Part shown: positions 60,401 to 64,000 of the stretch, in pieces
How positions within the stretch are numbered: position 1 is the stretch's first letter
Layout of the letters: each line of letters opens with the position of its first letter
From: Octopus sinensis
Lineage: Eukaryota
Direction: 5' to 3'
Length of the DNA stretch: 64,000 nt
NCBI RefSeq assembly: GCF_006345805.1
Contig: NW_021835999.1
Location: 124,001 to 188,000, forward strand
The notes under the pieces: model-generated
What the model was told of the DNA's origin: nothing
The model's input: the letters and a program-made list of their open reading frames with translations, nothing else
Database searches by the model: none
Program-made: the position numbers and the translations under genes

Positions 60401-63241
60401 TCTGTCTCAAAATGAGTCCACACTTCATTCCGGTCCAATTCTTTGCCACAATGAAAGCACAGGACGACTCCACTCTCCAAATTGGGCGTCTCCTCCTTAT
60501 CCTCGGACATATAAGGCCAGGGAGCCACCCCTGTGATACACAAGTCTCCAATCTGAAGCAAAGTCCTGATCGGGTGTCCTTCTAAGAGTGAATCCACGTG
60601 CTGTGTTTGAATGTGCTCCACCAAAGAATGAGTCACCCCCGACTCACAGTAGTCGCAATAAACACACTGAATGTGACACTCCCTCTGACGCCCATTCAGA
60701 CATGCAGGCAGATGCCCCAATAACTCACATTGCCGTGCAGTCCTGAACTCACAAAAATGACATTTCAGTGTTCTGCCCTCATCCGCGGCCTCCGACAGCA
60801 TAATCCCCTCACAGTCCGCACTCAACTGTATTCGAGTGAACAATTGTTGGGAGTTGTGGTGACTCCACAAAATGTGTTCCTGCAGATCCTCGAGAGAGCA
60901 ACTCACACTGAGGCAGTGCAAACACACAAACTGGACATTCTTGGATACATTTTTCACGTTTTTTGAGGGACGACTGGTCTTCTCGGATAAAGTAGTGTTG
61001 ACAGAATCCACAAAGTACAAAAAAGTGTTCTGTTTTTTGGAGATTGACCGAATGAGTTGTGAAATGGCACTGTCCTCAATAATCCGCCCCACCGACCGTG
61101 CCGAGTTGTGGGCAGTGTCGCAGTGCTGTCGGAGAATGTACACCGAGCCAGTCGCAAAGTCGCATTCCTCACACACGAAGGGAGTCAATGTGGAGTGGGC
61201 AGACACCAGGTGGGTCACCGCCTCCTCGTAGGATCGGAAGAACAGTCCACAGTAATTACAAAACTGGCCACACTCCTCTGCTGGCTTCTTCTCCGAACAC
61301 ACCTCGTCCTCACTGTCAGTGCACTCAATGTTGAGTTTGAATGTGTCCTCCTTCGAGTGGTGGGTGACTGTGGTGTGGCACAACACGTCCTCGTAGTATC
61401 CATACACACTGGCCAGTCCCGAGTGTCTGTGTGCCGAGGACTGGTGACTGAACACCCCCCCAGGACTCGAGTCGACATGTCCACACACATTGCACGTGAA
61501 CAGGTTGATTCCATCGAAATGTGTGGTCACCATATGGCTCAGCAGATCTCCCACGGATGAACGGTCACAGCTGAAGGAACATCGGGCACAGCGGAATCTT
61601 TTGGAGGAACACAACTGGAATTTGAGGACCTGGTCGAAAAAGGTTCCTCCCTTCAGTTTCTTGCACTCGAGGAACATCGGCATGTACTCATTCTGTGAAT
61701 AAATCTCGACTTCTCGAGCACTCTCAGTCAGAATACTGTCATCAAGCACCAATTGGAAGCATGTCCTGTACTCCCGCACACTGATCAGTCCCAACAGACC
61801 TCCCTTCTCCGAATGGTCGACAATGGAGGACATAAACAAGTCAGACTCATGCTCAATCAGAATATGCAAATGCACTCGATCACGACAGTTGGACTTGAAC
61901 TGGCAATCCGAGCATGAAAATGGTTTCACAGTCGAGTGGAATTCAATCACATGATAAAGCAAGTGTTGCAAACTGCACGATTCGCTATTGAAATGGCAGT
62001 AGAGGCATTGAATAGTCTTCCCCCCAATGTGCACAGAGGGGAACAGTCTGTCCAGTGGGTAGACTACATGCTCAAAGTCCCGGGAGGTGGAATTGATGGA
62101 TTTATTGTAGAATCGGATGACTTGTAACTGCTTGTCCATCAAAATGGAGTCTCCACTGCTCTTGCTTTGGTAGGCCTCCAGCAATGACCCCACCAGGACT
62201 CCACAGTTCAGTTTCCGGTAGTGGATGGCTGGGATAATGTCACTAATGTCCCCCGAATAGGGCAGTTTCCTCCGAGGAATGAGACTGACTGGCTTGTGGA
62301 GGACAGACTGGTGTCTCTCCATCACTGACACTTCATTTGTGGAGAATCTGCACATTTGCAGCGAAATATCTTCATTTCTGAGTGAGCCACCAAAATGTGA
62401 CTCAAAAAGTCTCGATCGAGGACACAGGACAGTCCACAGTGGCCACATTGCCACTTTAAAGGGGATCTGTCCACCTTTGGGGACATATTTGGTGGTCTAT
62501 GAGTGACCCTTTTCTTGGACTCCTGTTTGGGAGGCTGGACTGGGACAGCTCTGGTAATATTGCCATATTTGGTCCCCCTGGGATCCCCAAACTTGATTTG
62601 AATGTCCTACAGTAGCACATAGTGGAGAATACAGAGGGGACAGTCTCGGGATGTCGGCCAGTGCAGTGCTGGAGGACTTTGGTGGACTCCATGGCCAGGA
62701 AGCCACAGTAGGGACATCCGTAGGGTCGGTAGTGGAGGTGTCTGAAGTAGCAGTGCCTCCTCACTTTGACGACCGACCGAGCATGGAAGGAACAGTACTT
62801 GCAGCGGAATCCACTCACTCCCACAATCTTCTCACATATCTCGTCTCTGTGTGGCTCATACTCGTGGACGGACTGACTCAACTCTAATCAGCAATTAAGG
62901 CTGGACACCACAGTCACAATTAATCCAATCAACCACAGCGATTGATTGCCCAAATCCGGCTGAACATGCCCCAATCAATAAAGCATGTCAACACTGAAAA
63001 TGGACCAAGCATGCTGTTCTAATAGGCTAAGCCTGCTGCCTTAGCTTACTAATAGGCCAGCAATGTAGGGCAGTCACCTTTGGTTTGGGTGATGTTGATG
63101 TTCTGTCGGGACTTTTGGCTATGGTTCCTGACTGTGTGGTCGACAAGGCTTTCAAGGGTCTGTGATGTGAGGTTGTGTGGAGAATACCTCCATCTCCTGT
63201 TTGCAGAAGAGACATGTTAGGTCTGGAGTGTCAACGGCCAT
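57470..63241 (-). CDS. Large multi-C2H2 zinc-finger protein, ~1,824 aa, 6 exons
   Basis: Introns 63160-63187 (28 nt), 62884-63077 (194), 62607-62632 (26), 57653-57677 (25) and 57503-57527 (25). Splicing completes fingers (CLFC..H..NH; CGHC..H..AH). One missing A at ~62356 gives 5475 nt. Many CxxC-x12-HxxxxH repeats. Confidence 0.85.
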
Positions 63242-64000
63242 GTCTAAAATGGTTAAATTAAGTAATATTAAAATATAAAGCAAGACAGGAGCACACACAT
63301 CAACTACCTCAAGTGAGCAAAGACGCCGACCAGCGCTGATATACGCACGATACGCCGCAATGGGCAAGACCTCGAGGACATCCCCAAGGACCACTGATCC
63401 CATTCACTGCTTGGAGTGCTGCTGGTCAATAAACCATTGTTTGCCAATAGAAAACACAATATCGACCCATTAAGCCTTACTGAGCTGTCATATTAGCCGC
63501 AATACGGAAAGGCAGTACAAGACAACAAGAACTAAGTCATTAAGCGCTGTGCTGTCTTTAATCCTTTGGGAAAGCTTCCGCATTAACGCAACTGCGAGAT
63601 GCAAATGCATATTGATGGGTCTGTCTTCACTCGGGACACTGTCAATCAATCGACGGGGATCTCCTGTCTATTCAATTGTTGGATAATTGTTATTCAATAA
63701 TCGAGGTATATAAGACTGCCCTTGAGAGTAAAACAGTCTCATCAGTTTTAATCTTCAAATCTCTTATTATGCACATCCGCATTATTCTATTACACATAAT
63801 ATATTCTCCACAAACAAGTCCAATCTCGTCTAACTAATGTAAGAGTCATATTAAACAAATTGTGGTCTCCAATAGAGCACTTGTACTTATCACTCTCTTC
63901 ACTCAGAGTGCCTCACTACAATATCTGCTTAATATATATCGATTGTGACTATTCAATTTAGCAGACTGTCTACACAATAAGAGGGTACCCCTATTTGCTG

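Noticed and set aside
57460-62887. Many plus-strand ORFs overlapping the zinc-finger gene
   Set aside because: Antisense shadows of a long GC-rich exon.

Overview
This is AT-rich eukaryotic DNA in the standard genetic code, dominated by transposable elements, with no rRNA, intact tRNA or CRISPR array that I can support. Host genes are split by very small GT-AG introns (22-33 nt; one of 194 nt), so the ORF track fragments or misses them. Splicing by hand recovers NAA10/ARD1, a GTPBP10-type Obg GTPase, a ~1,820-aa multi-C2H2 zinc-finger protein, a tailless and roughly charge-neutral H2A/H2A.Z-like histone, a 149-aa five-exon orphan, and a probable secreted orphan. A GTPBP10-type Obg and a long C2H2 array suggest a reduced animal genome (dicyemid, orthonectid or myxozoan are candidates; inference only). 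Positions 1-16404 and 29311-47052 are two ~98-99.8% identical copies (estimated by eye) that differ by whole-TE insertions: MULE, pogo and a Ginger-like fragment in copy A, and a Helitron with a nested CRE in copy B. TE families present: hAT, MULE, pogo/Tigger, Tc1, Helitron, Ginger-like integrase, RTE, R4/Dong-like and many CRE-clade copies, two of them essentially full length with an N-terminal PHD finger. Several single-base frameshifts fall in homopolymers and are probably assembly errors. The best leads are the short histone variant with its neighbouring orphan, the PHD-finger CRE retrotransposons with a shared 5' architecture, and micro-introns that extend into DNA transposons.
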